A DNA stretch of 64,000 nucleotides from NCBI RefSeq assembly GCF_009914755.1, contig NC_060928.1; one strand, 5' to 3'. This DNA is from the human T2T-CHM13v2.0 reference genome, Homo sapiens. The notes under the pieces are model-generated. The model saw only the letters and a program-made list of their open reading frames with translations. It was not told where the DNA came from and did no database searches. Each line of letters opens with the position of its first letter. The first letter of the stretch is position 1. This document shows positions 1-10,538 of the stretch, piece by piece. The translations under genes and the position numbers were made by a program.

Positions 1-51
1 CAAGTTGGTTTCTGTTCTTTGCAAAGAAGAAAAAACCAAAAGCAATAACCA

Positions 52-445
52 TACTGCACTGAGTTCTACAGAAACAGATGCTGAGATGGAGTTTGAACAT
101 CAAGGCATTTATTAGGGATAAATATCTGTAAAAGGGAAGGGGAGTAAGAAGAATTGGGCAGAGGGAAAGTCAAACCAGGATGCAGGCCGGTCAACCCCAT
201 GGGGAACTCTGTTACACATAATGCCTGTCAAGTTGTTTTTGGTTGACTGAAACAGTCAGACCTTTATGCTATCTCTTGGTTAGTCACTGGATATGAAGAG
301 CTCCAAGACTAATGAATGTGCCCATGTGGGAGGTGGCTTTTGGGAACTCCTGAAGGAGCTGATAGCTGGAGGTCATCTGATGAAAACTGGGACAATGAGT
401 TCTTCCTTGTAGAGGAATCTGATTGGCACATCTCTGGGCCCACCA
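52..445 (-). mobile_element. ERVL-class LTR (3' LTR of the adjacent internal remnant; LTR16/LTR40-like, subfamily uncertain)
   Basis: AATAAA on the minus strand at ~108-113. A degenerate PPT-like GCAAGATGTAGAC immediately precedes a TG start at 445 on the minus strand. Lies directly 3' of ERVL internal sequence. Confidence 0.6.
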
Positions 446-541
446 GTCTACATCTTGCACCATTCAGATTCAATTATTTATTTCTAATCTTTCTAGAGTT
501 CTGGTTGGCCTCTCTTCTTGGGGGAAACTGGGAAGAGAAAA

Positions 542-639
542 GTTAAACTATAGCTCTTACTATAAACTATAGCTCTTATAGGGGTATAGCTCTTATAGGG
601 CTATAGCTCTTTATAGGGTTAAACTATAGCTCTTACTAC
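542..639. repeat. Local imperfect tandem array of (c)tatagctctt, 5 copies, bounded by a 21-bp direct repeat
   Basis: gttaaactatagctcttacta at 542-562 and 618-638, with three further tatagctctt copies between. Confidence 0.9.
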
Positions 640-1190
640 TGTAGGTGATCTTGGAGGCACAACTGGCAATCATTACTTTTCTTTAACATTCTTCATTTTA
701 AACTCCTCTCATCCTCAGCTACCACCTCTGCTGGTCTTGATGGCAGTGCCTTATCTTGATATCCTGGCTTACCATGCCAAAGGGGTCTGAGCCTCTTTCT
801 GATCACCATGGCATTTTGGGGTCAGGATTGCCATACTTATCCATTTACTATCATAACTTGGCAAGGCAGTACCAAGAGGCACCTAAGTGGATCTGAGTGT
901 CACCTGAATTTCTCCCTGCCAGCATTGTGTAACAGTAGCTTGAACTCCTCCTGACAATCATGGTCAATTACCACTGACAAGTGGTGACTCTTTTCCTCGT
1001 CTTCTCATTCTTGGACACAAGGAGGTCAAAACACCAAGGCAGCAGCCATTCCTTATTATTTACTGGGACTCTTGCTATGGCCAATGGAGAAACCATGCTC
1101 ACGTTGGGCACTAGGACCACGAACTTTGTAGATCCCAAAGTCATGGGAATGGGAACCAGAAAATCTCCCAGAGGGATGGGATTTGAGGAA
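637..1190 (-). pseudogene. ERVL-type endogenous retrovirus internal remnant: decayed dUTPase and 3' pol region
   Basis: Minus-strand translation PLGDFLVPIPMTLGSTKFVVLVP...RVPVNNKEWLLPWCFDLL, frameshift, LSVVIDHDCQEEFKLLLHNAGREKF*..DPLRCLLVLPCQVMIVNG, later PAEVVAEDE. Colinear with recalled ERVL dUTPase (GVIDPDYQGEIGLLLHNGG...DPLGHLLVLPCPV). Contains stops and frameshifts. Confidence 0.8.
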
Positions 1191-1734
1191 GTACAATGAT
1201 GTATTTTCCATTTCCATCTTCATGTGTTTGATATAAACTACCAATGCAAGGGAATAAAAATGCAAGATTATACTCATATCCACATTATGCTTGTTTTCAT
1301 ATTCACATAGGAAATTGTTGTGCACCTGTTTTTATTGCTTAACTTGAAATAACTAATTAAAAATGCACAGTGTTGGTCATGAGGATAAGGGAAAGATTAG
1401 GGTAGAAAAAATTGGGATTTTGAGTGCTCTGTTTTTACATTTTATACATATTTTGGGTATACAAAATAAAATCCAACTCCCTTGTCCCTTTGTAACACAT
1501 ATGCACATATTTGTTTATGGAAAACAGTCTGTAAATTTATTAAATTTGCATTTTTATTTGGTAGGTCAGGAGGTTGCTGAAAATAGTATGTATGCATCCA
1601 TTACACAGACAGAAAGGAAAAAGAAAGTTAAGAATATGTAAAACATTAATGCTAAGCACAATGACCGTTGTACCTACTATATTTATTTCTAACCTAATCT
1701 CACCAGGAGGTCTTCAGGGAAGGCATTTTTAATA

Positions 1735-1815
1735 GTAATTTTGCTGATGAAGAAATTGGTGCTCAGAGAAAGAGAAGGTGGGTAACTTGACTAAGGTCAT
1801 GTGATTTGCAAGTGT
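1735..1815 (-). mobile_element. MIR SINE core fragment
   Basis: ttttgctgatgaagaaattggtgctcagag...taacttgactaaggtcat resembles the reverse-complement MIR core. Confidence 0.6.
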
Positions 1816-4079
1816 AAATAGATATTAAAATGGGACTTATTCCATCTCAGGTAGGCCACAAATAACATATGTTAGATATGCTAAGAGATTGTAAAATGGG
1901 TTCTTGAAGCAATATCTCATACAAGAATGGCACCCAACCAGTTGAGAAAGAAGGTTCTCTTGAAAAGAGTAAATGATGGGAGTAGGGAGGGCATTTTCCC
2001 TCACCTTAAGCCAGGGTAGGGCCCTAACCAGGAGGTGCAAAGTGGAATAGCATCCCCGGGACTGAGGAGAAGTCATTATCAGTGAGCCAAAGAATACTGC
2101 CATAAAAATTGCAACGTTTCAATGCCAGATGGCAACACGTAAAACAGACATGAATTCTTTCTTCATTTGGGATAACAACTGAGGAGTGGGAAATGGCAAA
2201 TAATACACAATGCTAGAGCTGGCAGGATAAAGAAAGTTCTTCCTCTAGGACCAGGCCCTACTCTCCCACTCTGGCTTCTCAGCCTGAAGGAGCATGAAAC
2301 TTGGGGAACAGATAACTCTAAGTGGATTAAGGGTTTGGTGTTACCAGCAGTTAGTTAGGCCAAACTAGAGGTTAAAGAGATTGAGGTTATGGTCTTCCAG
2401 GTGGCCAAGTCCACCTAAGACCATTGACAGTAACTGTGAAGAGTTTACCAAACTACAAAGTCAGACAGAATAATACCCACAAGACTGCCTTCGTTTCAGA
2501 CACCAGCTGCAAATTCAAGGGTCCCTGGGGCCACCCTTGCTTCTAACCAGCTGGTTATAAATCCAATAATGTCCACGGGCTCCCTCAGGTTTGATAATTC
2601 AGTAGAATGACTCACAGAACTCAGGAAAGTGCTATACCTATAATTACAGTTTTATTACAACAGAAGGATACAAATTAGAATCAGCCGAAGGAAGAGATGC
2701 CAAGTGCTGACTCTGGGACTGGTATGGTTCCAACCTTGAAGCTCCCAGCATCATTGATGTGTGCCAACCAAGAAAGCTCAACTGGACACAGACCCCCTGA
2801 AGGAAGCAGACTGCTCCTGCAGGACTCAGGAGGCCCACCCCGCCGACCCAAAACTGTGCATGCCCCAACTGCAGAAGTGGGAAAGGGAGACCCTCCTCTC
2901 CTGAACACACACCCCCCACTGGAGAAGCTGAAGGTCTGTTTGCAGGAGAAGTTTCTGAATTTATGTGGAGCTGGGTCAATTTGGAGAGCTGAGTGAAATA
3001 CAGGGGTAGAGGAAGCAGCAGAAAGGCTCTGGAAGCTCACTGTGTCCCCTAGCAGCCCATTCCTGCCTGGCACCACAGGGATCCATTGAGTGAGTGACCA
3101 GAGGAGAAAGGGCCAAAACTCCATAGGGAGAAGGAAATCTCTAGCTGAACTTTGTAACAATTTGAATAGGGTGAGAAGCCTCCTGGCCAGAACTGGGAGG
3201 AGGGTGCAAATCAGGTGTGCAGACTCCACCGTGGGGAAAGAACTAAGCCCTTTTCTTTCCCAGCTGGGAGGCAGGTAGCCTGGGGCAGGTTTTCAAGCCC
3301 ATATTGCTCTCCACCTGGAAACGGTCTGGGGGCGGTTGTTAGGGGCACGGTGGAAGTGAGACCAGCCCTTCGGTTTATGTGGGAGCTGGGTGAGGCATGT
3401 GACTGCCAGCTTTCCCCCAACTTCCCTGACAACCTGCATGACTCAGCAGATGCAGCCATAATCCTCCTAGGTACACAACTCCAGTGACCTGGGAATCTCA
3501 CCCCCATGCCCCACAGCAGCTGCAGCAAGACCAGCCCAAGGAGAGTCTGAGCTCAGACAAACATAGCCCACCCCCACCTGATAGTTCTTCGCTACCCACC
3601 CTGGTAGCGGAAGACAAAAGGCATAAAATCTTGGGAGTTTTAGGGCCCCGCCCACCACTGGTTTCTCCCCATAATACCACAGCTGATGCTCTGTGGAAAG
3701 TGCCACCTCCTGGCAGGAGGCCAAACAGCACAAAAATAGGACATTAAACCACCAAAGCTAAGAACCCTCACGATGGAGTCCATTGCAGCCCCCACCACCT
3801 CCAATGGAACAGGTGCTGGTATCCATGGCTGAGAGACCCATGGACTATTCATATCACAGGACTCTGTGCATACAACCCCCAGTACCAGCCCAGAGGAGGG
3901 TAGACTTACTGGGTGGCTAGACCCAGAAGAGAGACAACAATCACTGCACTTTGGCTCACAGGAAACCACATCCATAGGAAAAGGCAGAGAGTAATACATC
4001 AAGGGAACACCCTGTGAGACAAGAGAATCTGAACAACAGCTTTCAGCCCTAGACCTTCCCTCTGACAGAGGCTACCCAA

Positions 4080-5077
4080 ATGAGAAGGAACCAGAAAATC
4101 AACCCTGGTAATATGACAAAACAAGGCTCTTCAACACCCCCAAAATATCACACTAGTTCACCAGCAATGGATTCAAACCAAAAAGAATCCCTGATTTACC
4201 TGAAAAAGAATTCAGGAAGTTAGTTATTAAGCTAATCAGGGAGGGACCAGAGAAAGGCAAAGCCCAATGCAAGGAAATCTAAAATATGATACAAGAAGTC
4301 AAGGGAGAAATATTCAAGGAAATAGATAGCTTAAAGGAAAAACAAAAATTCAGAAATCTTTGGACACACTTTTAGAAATGCAAAATGCTCTGGAAAGTCT
4401 CAGCAATAGAACTGAACAAGTAGAAGAAAGAAATTTAGAGCTTGAAGACAAGGTCTTTGAATTAACACAATCCAACAAAGACAAAGAAAAAAGAATAAGA
4501 AAATATGAACAAAGCCTTGAAGAAGTCTGGTATTATGTTAAATGACCAAAGCTAAGAATAATCGGTGTTAATGAGGAAGAAGAGAACTCTAAAAGCTTGG
4601 AAAACATATTTGGGGGAATAATCGAGGAAGACTTCCCCAGCCTTGCTAGAGACCTAGACATCCAAATGAAAGAAGCACAAAGAACACCTGAGAAATTCAT
4701 CACAAAAATATCTTTGCCTAGACACATTGTCATCAGGTTATCCAAAAGAATCTTAAGAGCTGTGAGACAGAAGCACCATAAACTATAAAGGAAAACCTAT
4801 CAGATAAACAGCAGATTTCTCAGCAGAAACCCCACAAACTAGAAGGGAGTGGGGCCCTATCTTCAGCTTCTTCAAACAGAACAATTATCAGCCAAGAATT
4901 TTGTATCCAGCGAAACTAAGCATCATATATGAAGGAAAGATACAGTCTTTTCCAGACAAACAAATGCTGAGAGAATTCGCCATTACTGAGCCACCACTAC
5001 AAGAACTGTTAAAAAGAGCTCTAAATCTTGAAACAAATCCTAGAAGCACATCAAAATGGAACCTATTTAAAGCATAA
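4080..5077 (+). pseudogene. L1 ORF1p remnant (coiled coil, RRM, CTD), disrupted
   Basis: ATGAGAAGGAACCAG start. Fragments MQNALESLSNRTEQVEERNLELEDK and ENIFGGIIEEDFPSLARDLDIQ...PRHIVIRL. In-frame stops and frameshifts. Confidence 0.9.
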
Positions 5078-5158
5078 ATCACACAGGACCTATAAAACAA
5101 AAATACAAGTTAAAAATCAAAAACAAAAAAAAACCAATGTACACAGGCAACAAAAAGC

Positions 5159-7158
5159 ATGATGAAAGCAACAGTACCTCACATCTCAAAACTAACATTG
5201 AATGTAAATGGCCTAAATGCACCACTTAAAAGATACAGAACTGCAGAATGGATAAGCACTCACTAGCCAACTACCTGCTGCCTTCAGGAGAGTCACCTAG
5301 CACATAAGGACTCACATAAACTTAAAGTCAGGGGATGGAAAAAGGTATTTCATGCAAATGGACAACAAAAGTCATCAGGGGTAGCTTTTCTTATATCAGA
5401 CAAAACAAACTCTAAAGCAACAGCAGTTAAAAGAGACAAAGAGGGTCATTATATAATGGTGACAGGCCTTGTCCAACAGGAAAATATCACAATTCTAAAA
5501 TATATGCACCTAACACTGGAGCTCTCAAACTCATAACACAATTACTAATAGACCTAAGAAATGAGATGGACAGCAACACAATAATAGTGAGGGACTTCAG
5601 TACTCCACTGCCAGCACTAGACAGGTCATCAACACAGAAAATCAACAAAGAAACAATGGATTTAAACTATACCTTGGAACAAATGGACTTAACAGATACA
5701 TACAGAACATTTCATCCAACTGCTGCAGAATACACATTCTATTCAACAACACATGGAACTTTCTCCAAGGCAGACCATATGATAGGCCATAAAACAAGCC
5801 TCAATAAATTTCAGAAAATTGAAATTATATCAAGCACTCTCTCAGACTACAGTGGAATAAAACTGGAAATCAACTCCAAAAGGAATCTTCAAAATCATGC
5901 AAATACATGGAAATTAAATAACCTGCTCCTAAATAAGCATTGGGTCAAAAATGAAATCAAGATGGAAATTAAAAAGCTCTTCAAACTGAACAGTAATAAT
6001 GACACAACCTATCAAAACCTTTTAGATACAGCAAAGGCAGTGTTAAGAGGAAAGTTCATAGCCCTAACTGCCTACAACGAAAAGACTGAAAGAGCACAAA
6101 CTGACATTCTAAGGTCACACCTCAAGGAACTAGAGAGACATGAACAAACCAAACCCAAACCCAGAAGAAGAAAGGAAATAACCAAGATCAGAGCAGAACT
6201 AAATGAAATTGAAACAAAAAAAATTACAAAAGATAAATGAAACAAAAAACTGGTTCTTTGAAAAGATAAATAAAATTGATAGATCATTGACAAGATTAAC
6301 CAAGAGAAGAAGAGATAAAAATCCAAATAACCTCATTAAGAAACAAAACAGGAGATATTACAACTGACACCACTGAAATACAAAAGATCATTCAAGGCTA
6401 CTATGAACACCTTTACACACATAAACTAGAAAACCTAGAAGAGATGTATAAGTTCCTGGAAAAATACAACCCTCCTAGCATAAATCAGGAAGAATTAGAT
6501 ACCCTGAACAGACCAATAACAAGCAATGAAATTGAAATGGTAATTTTTAAATCACCAACAAAAAATTATTCAGGACCAGATGGATTCACAGCAGAATTCT
6601 ACCAGACATTCAAAGAAGAATTGGTACCAATCCTTTTGACACTATTCCATAAGACAGAGAAAGAAGAAACCCTCCCTAATTCATTCTATGAAGCCAGCAT
6701 CACCCTGATACCAAAACCAGGAAAGGACATAACCAAAAAAGAAAACTGCAGACTGATATCTTTGTTGAACACAGATGCCAAAATCCTTAGCAAAATACAG
6801 TGTGGAGATTCCTTAAAGAACTAAAGTAGAACTACCACTTGCTCCAGCAATCCCACTACTGGGTATCTGCCTGGAGGAAAATAAGTCATTATTCGAAAAA
6901 GATACCTTCACATGCATGTTTATAGTAGCGCAATTCACAACTGCAAAATTGTGGAACCAACCCAAATGCCCATCAATCAATAAGTGGACAAAGAAACTGT
7001 GGTGTATATATACAATGGAATACTATGCAGCCACTAAAAGGAATGAATTAACAGCATTTGCAGTGACCTGGATGAGACTGGAGACTATTATTTTAAGTGA
7101 AGTAACTCAGGAATGGAAAACCAAACATTGTATGTTCTCACCGATATGCAGGAGCTAA
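5159..7158 (+). pseudogene. L1 ORF2p remnant: APE endonuclease plus C-terminus, RT domain deleted
   Basis: [54 protein letters not shown]. Sequence jumps at ~6798 from DAKILSKI to the ORF2 C-terminal WRFL/PAIPLLGI region. Confidence 0.9.
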
Positions 7159-8199
7159 GCTCTGAGGACACAAAGGCATAAGAATGATGGAATGGACTTT
7201 GGAGACTTTGGGGGAAGAATGGGAGGGGGGTGAGGGATAGAAGACTACAAATATGGTGCAGTGTATACTGCTCGGGTGATGGGTGCACCAAAATCTCACA
7301 ATCACCGCTAAAGAACTTACTCCTGTAACCAAATAACACTTGTACCCCAATAGCTTATGGAAAAAAAAAAAAAAGAAAGCTCAACTGACTTTGGTGTCTA
7401 GAGATTTTATCGAGTTTTCCTTATGTAAGGAGGATTGATGAAATCATGGCCTATGGCCCATGGCCCACATGGTTGAACTGCATCTCTAGCCTCCTCCCTC
7501 CAGAAGTCACACTTATATTGCCTGGTTCTATGTTCCAACCATCTAATCACATGGTTGTCTTTCTGGCATGGCCAGCCTTCATTTTAAGACTGTGGTTGTG
7601 GCCAGCTTCACCCTGAGTTATCTACTTAGCATAAACTATCAGGTGTGATCCAGGGCCTCACCATGAATAACAAAGACTTTCCTATCACTTGAAAAATTCC
7701 AAGGGTTTACAGATTACCTCTCAGGAAGGAGCTGGAGCTATGGCAAAGGTTAGATTTCTCTTTGGGTAAGATTAATCTTTCACTACATAGATATTATCCT
7801 TCTTTTAAGAGGTGGCACCTTCATGTTGAAATGTCATTCTTCATGTGAAATGTGACTAAAAGTGATTAAGAAATTCAAAGACAGGGAAAGAACTAGCCCA
7901 GTGAGAGGATTTGAAGGGTCAGTGGGAGAATGGATGGTTGCTTTTGATTATGTCCTCTTGAGTTCACTTCTTCATTACACCTGCTGTTTAAGAAAGGGAA
8001 GCATATTTTGAACCTGAGTTTGTACATTAAAGTCTAAAATCCAAACTCCTTTCATTATGCCATGTGGTGATATTTTATTTTTCTACAGAAATAAAGTTAT
8101 AGTTTTAGATTCAGTAATGCATACAATTCCTTGTGCTTCATTTTTCTTATTCAGAATATAAAATGTTTATGAATACATTCGAAATGTTTCATTGTGTGG

Positions 8200-8494
8200 T
8201 TTTGTTTTTGTTTTTGTTTTTTCGAGACAGGGTCTTCCTAGAGTGCAGTGATGTGATCTTGGCTTACTGCAGCCTACATCTCCAGGCTCAAGTGATCCTC
8301 CCACCTCAGCTTCTCCAGGAGCTGGGACTACAGGCATGCACCACCACGCCAGGCTAATTTTTATTTTTTTATTTTTTGTAGGGATGGGGTTTTGCTGTGT
8401 TGCCCAGGCTGGTCTCTAACTCCTGGGCTCAAGTGATCCACCCGCCTCAGCCTTCCAAAGTTCTGGGATTACAGGCATGAGCCACAGTGCCGGC
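8200..8494 (-). mobile_element. Alu, AluJ-like
   Basis: (TTTTTG)n tail, gagacagggtct, ggctcaagtgatcctccc (J-type diagnostics), ends gagccacagtgccggc. Confidence 0.9.
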
Positions 8495-9130
8495 ATGTGT
8501 AATTATTAACTGATTACAGGACACTACTGTTGTGCAAACTTCATAAATAATTCATAGGAGTTTCTTATGTTAAAAATAGAAAGACTAAATTAGCAATATG
8601 CCTCAATATAAACTACTTTAAAAGTCATTTTATGAAAATAAATTTAAAGAGAGAATAGTGTTAATACTGCAAGATAGACACAACCCTGTTTATATCGCTA
8701 CATAGTCTGAATATCATCATTAGTGTAAATAAAAGTTGACTAGGTCAGAAAGCCAATTTGCAAGACAGATCTAATAAGCTGTAAGTTAGTAAACGCACCT
8801 CATCATGTAAAAAAAATCATAGACAATAGCCATGTGAGAAGTACACATTGTCTTCATGTGAGCAAAAGGAGTTGATAATGAAAAAGATTGCTTTCATTCG
8901 ACATGTTCATATTTTGTTTTAGGAAAACATATGAGATATTAATTTTAATTAATGTGGGATAATTTGAAAACAATTTTTCAATTCAATTTAATAAGTAATT
9001 ACTAAATGTTATGCCTTCTTCCTTTGATAAACTGTCAATATTTCAAAGTAGAAGTTGTTATAAGTATGAATTTCATATTATAAAAAACAATGGAGTAGAA
9101 TTCTCTATAGGTCTTTTTTTCCATTGTAGT

Positions 9131-9798
9131 ATTTAATTTTTTTAATTGACACATAATAATTGTATGTATTTATGGGGTACATAGGGATGTTGTGATACAT
9201 ATATAGTGATCAGATAAGGGTAATTAGCATATCCATAATCTCAAACATTTTAAATTTGTGTTAGAAACATTCAGTATCCTCCTTCTAGGTAATTGAAACT
9301 ATATATTATTGTTAACTATAGTCATCCTATAGTGCTATAAAAAACTAGAACTTACTTCTCCCATCTAGCTATAATTTTGTACCCTTTACCACATCTTTCC
9401 CTGTCTTCCCCTTCCCCCGGCTCTTCCCAGTCTCTAGTGTCCTCTGTTCTAATTTTTACTTCTAAGAGATCAGCTTTTCTTAGCTTCCATATATGAGTGA
9501 GAACTTACAGTGTTTAACTTTCGGTCCCCGGCTTATTTCACTTAACATGATGTCCTCCAGTTCCATCCATGTTGCTGCATATGACAGGATTTCTTTCTTT
9601 TTTTTTTTATGTCTAAATAGTATTTCATTGTGTATGTATACCACATTTTCTTTTTCATTCATCTGTTGTTGGGCACCTAGGTTAAATCCTTATCTTGGCT
9701 ATTGTGAATAGTGCTGCAATAAACATAGGGGTGCAGATGTCTCTGTAATATGATTTCCTTTATTTTGGATAAATGCCCAGTGGCGAGATTGCTGAATT
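9131..9798 (-). mobile_element. 5'-truncated L1MA 3' end
   Basis: ttttaattgacacataataattgta...tatgagtgagaac...ttccatccatgttgctgca. Minus-strand ORF 9480-9662 (ATWMELEDIMLSEIS) is the L1 ORF2 C-terminus. Confidence 0.88.
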
Positions 9799-10356
9799 CT
9801 TAGAAAAGTCTTGTGTTGACTTGCCCATGAATGGGACAGCAGGTGGCAAGGCTATACCTTTAACTGACCCATGAAGAATGTTTATTCTAAGGAAAACCCG
9901 GAGGTTGATTTTAATCTGTCTTACTGCAGTATTCCACCTGCAGCTTCCTTTCCACATCTCCTCTAGCCATGTCCTCTGCTTTTGCTTCAAGTCCAGTGGT
10001 TTCAGGCTGTCCCTAAGCCCAAGGATCTCTCTCTTTTGAATGTCCCTGTTCAGGGGCCACCATTCTGAGGATACTTCCTGTCTGTGTTCCTTCTTCTTTA
10101 AGATATTTGCCTGTTTTCAGTGCATTGGGCTCTGAGAATTAGGCTTATTGGTACAAATTGGTGAAAGTGCTTATCCATTCCAGGTACCTGTTTGAATTTT
10201 AGCAAAGACAGTATTAGAGTGAGTCTAAATGCAGGAAGCTTCAGGTACGGGAGCAGAATTCTTACATAAAGCAGAATTACCTTTTCTACTTGGAACTTAC
10301 TTATTTCCTACTCATCTGAGTAGCTTTGTGAGGCAGAGTTTAAAAGGTTGGCTGTT

Positions 10357-10538
10357 GTCTGAGTTTACAGCTTCATCTCTTATTAGCTATGTGACCTCAT
10401 GAAAATTATTTAAGCTTGTTATGCTTAATAAGGTTACCTATATCATAGGTTTGTGGTAAGGATTAAACAAGATAATATACGTAAAGTGCTTCTCTTGGTA
10501 TCTCCCACACAGTAAATGCTCAATAAAGGTTAGCTGTT
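10357..10538 (+). mobile_element. MIR SINE
   Basis: ttagctatgtgacctc...ggattaaacaagataatatacgtaaagtgc...cacagtaaatgctcaataaaggttagct. Confidence 0.75.

Larger units (their letters stand above)
2785..7372 (+). mobile_element. LINE-1, L1PB1-like, near full length (slightly 5'-truncated) with internal ORF2 deletion
   Basis: L1PB-type 5'UTR, ORF1, ORF2 endonuclease, L1PB-type 3'UTR and poly(A) at 7361-7374. Perfect 15-bp TSD AAGAAAGCTCAACTG at 2770-2784 and 7373-7387. Confidence 0.93.
2435..7787 (-). mobile_element. MER21-family LTR split into 2435-2784 and 7373-7787 by an L1PB insertion
   Basis: MER21-like motifs (gacaccagctgcaaattcaagggtccc; gactcacagaactcaggaaagtgctata; ccatgaataacaaagac...ttccaagggttt) continue across the L1. 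TG...CA ends. Confidence 0.75.

Noticed and set aside
2644-4002. Cluster of sense and antisense ORFs (up to 182 aa) in the L1 5'UTR, possible ORF0-like
   Set aside because: A GC-richer UTR yields chance ORFs. No recognisable protein and no similarity I can see to L1PA ORF0.
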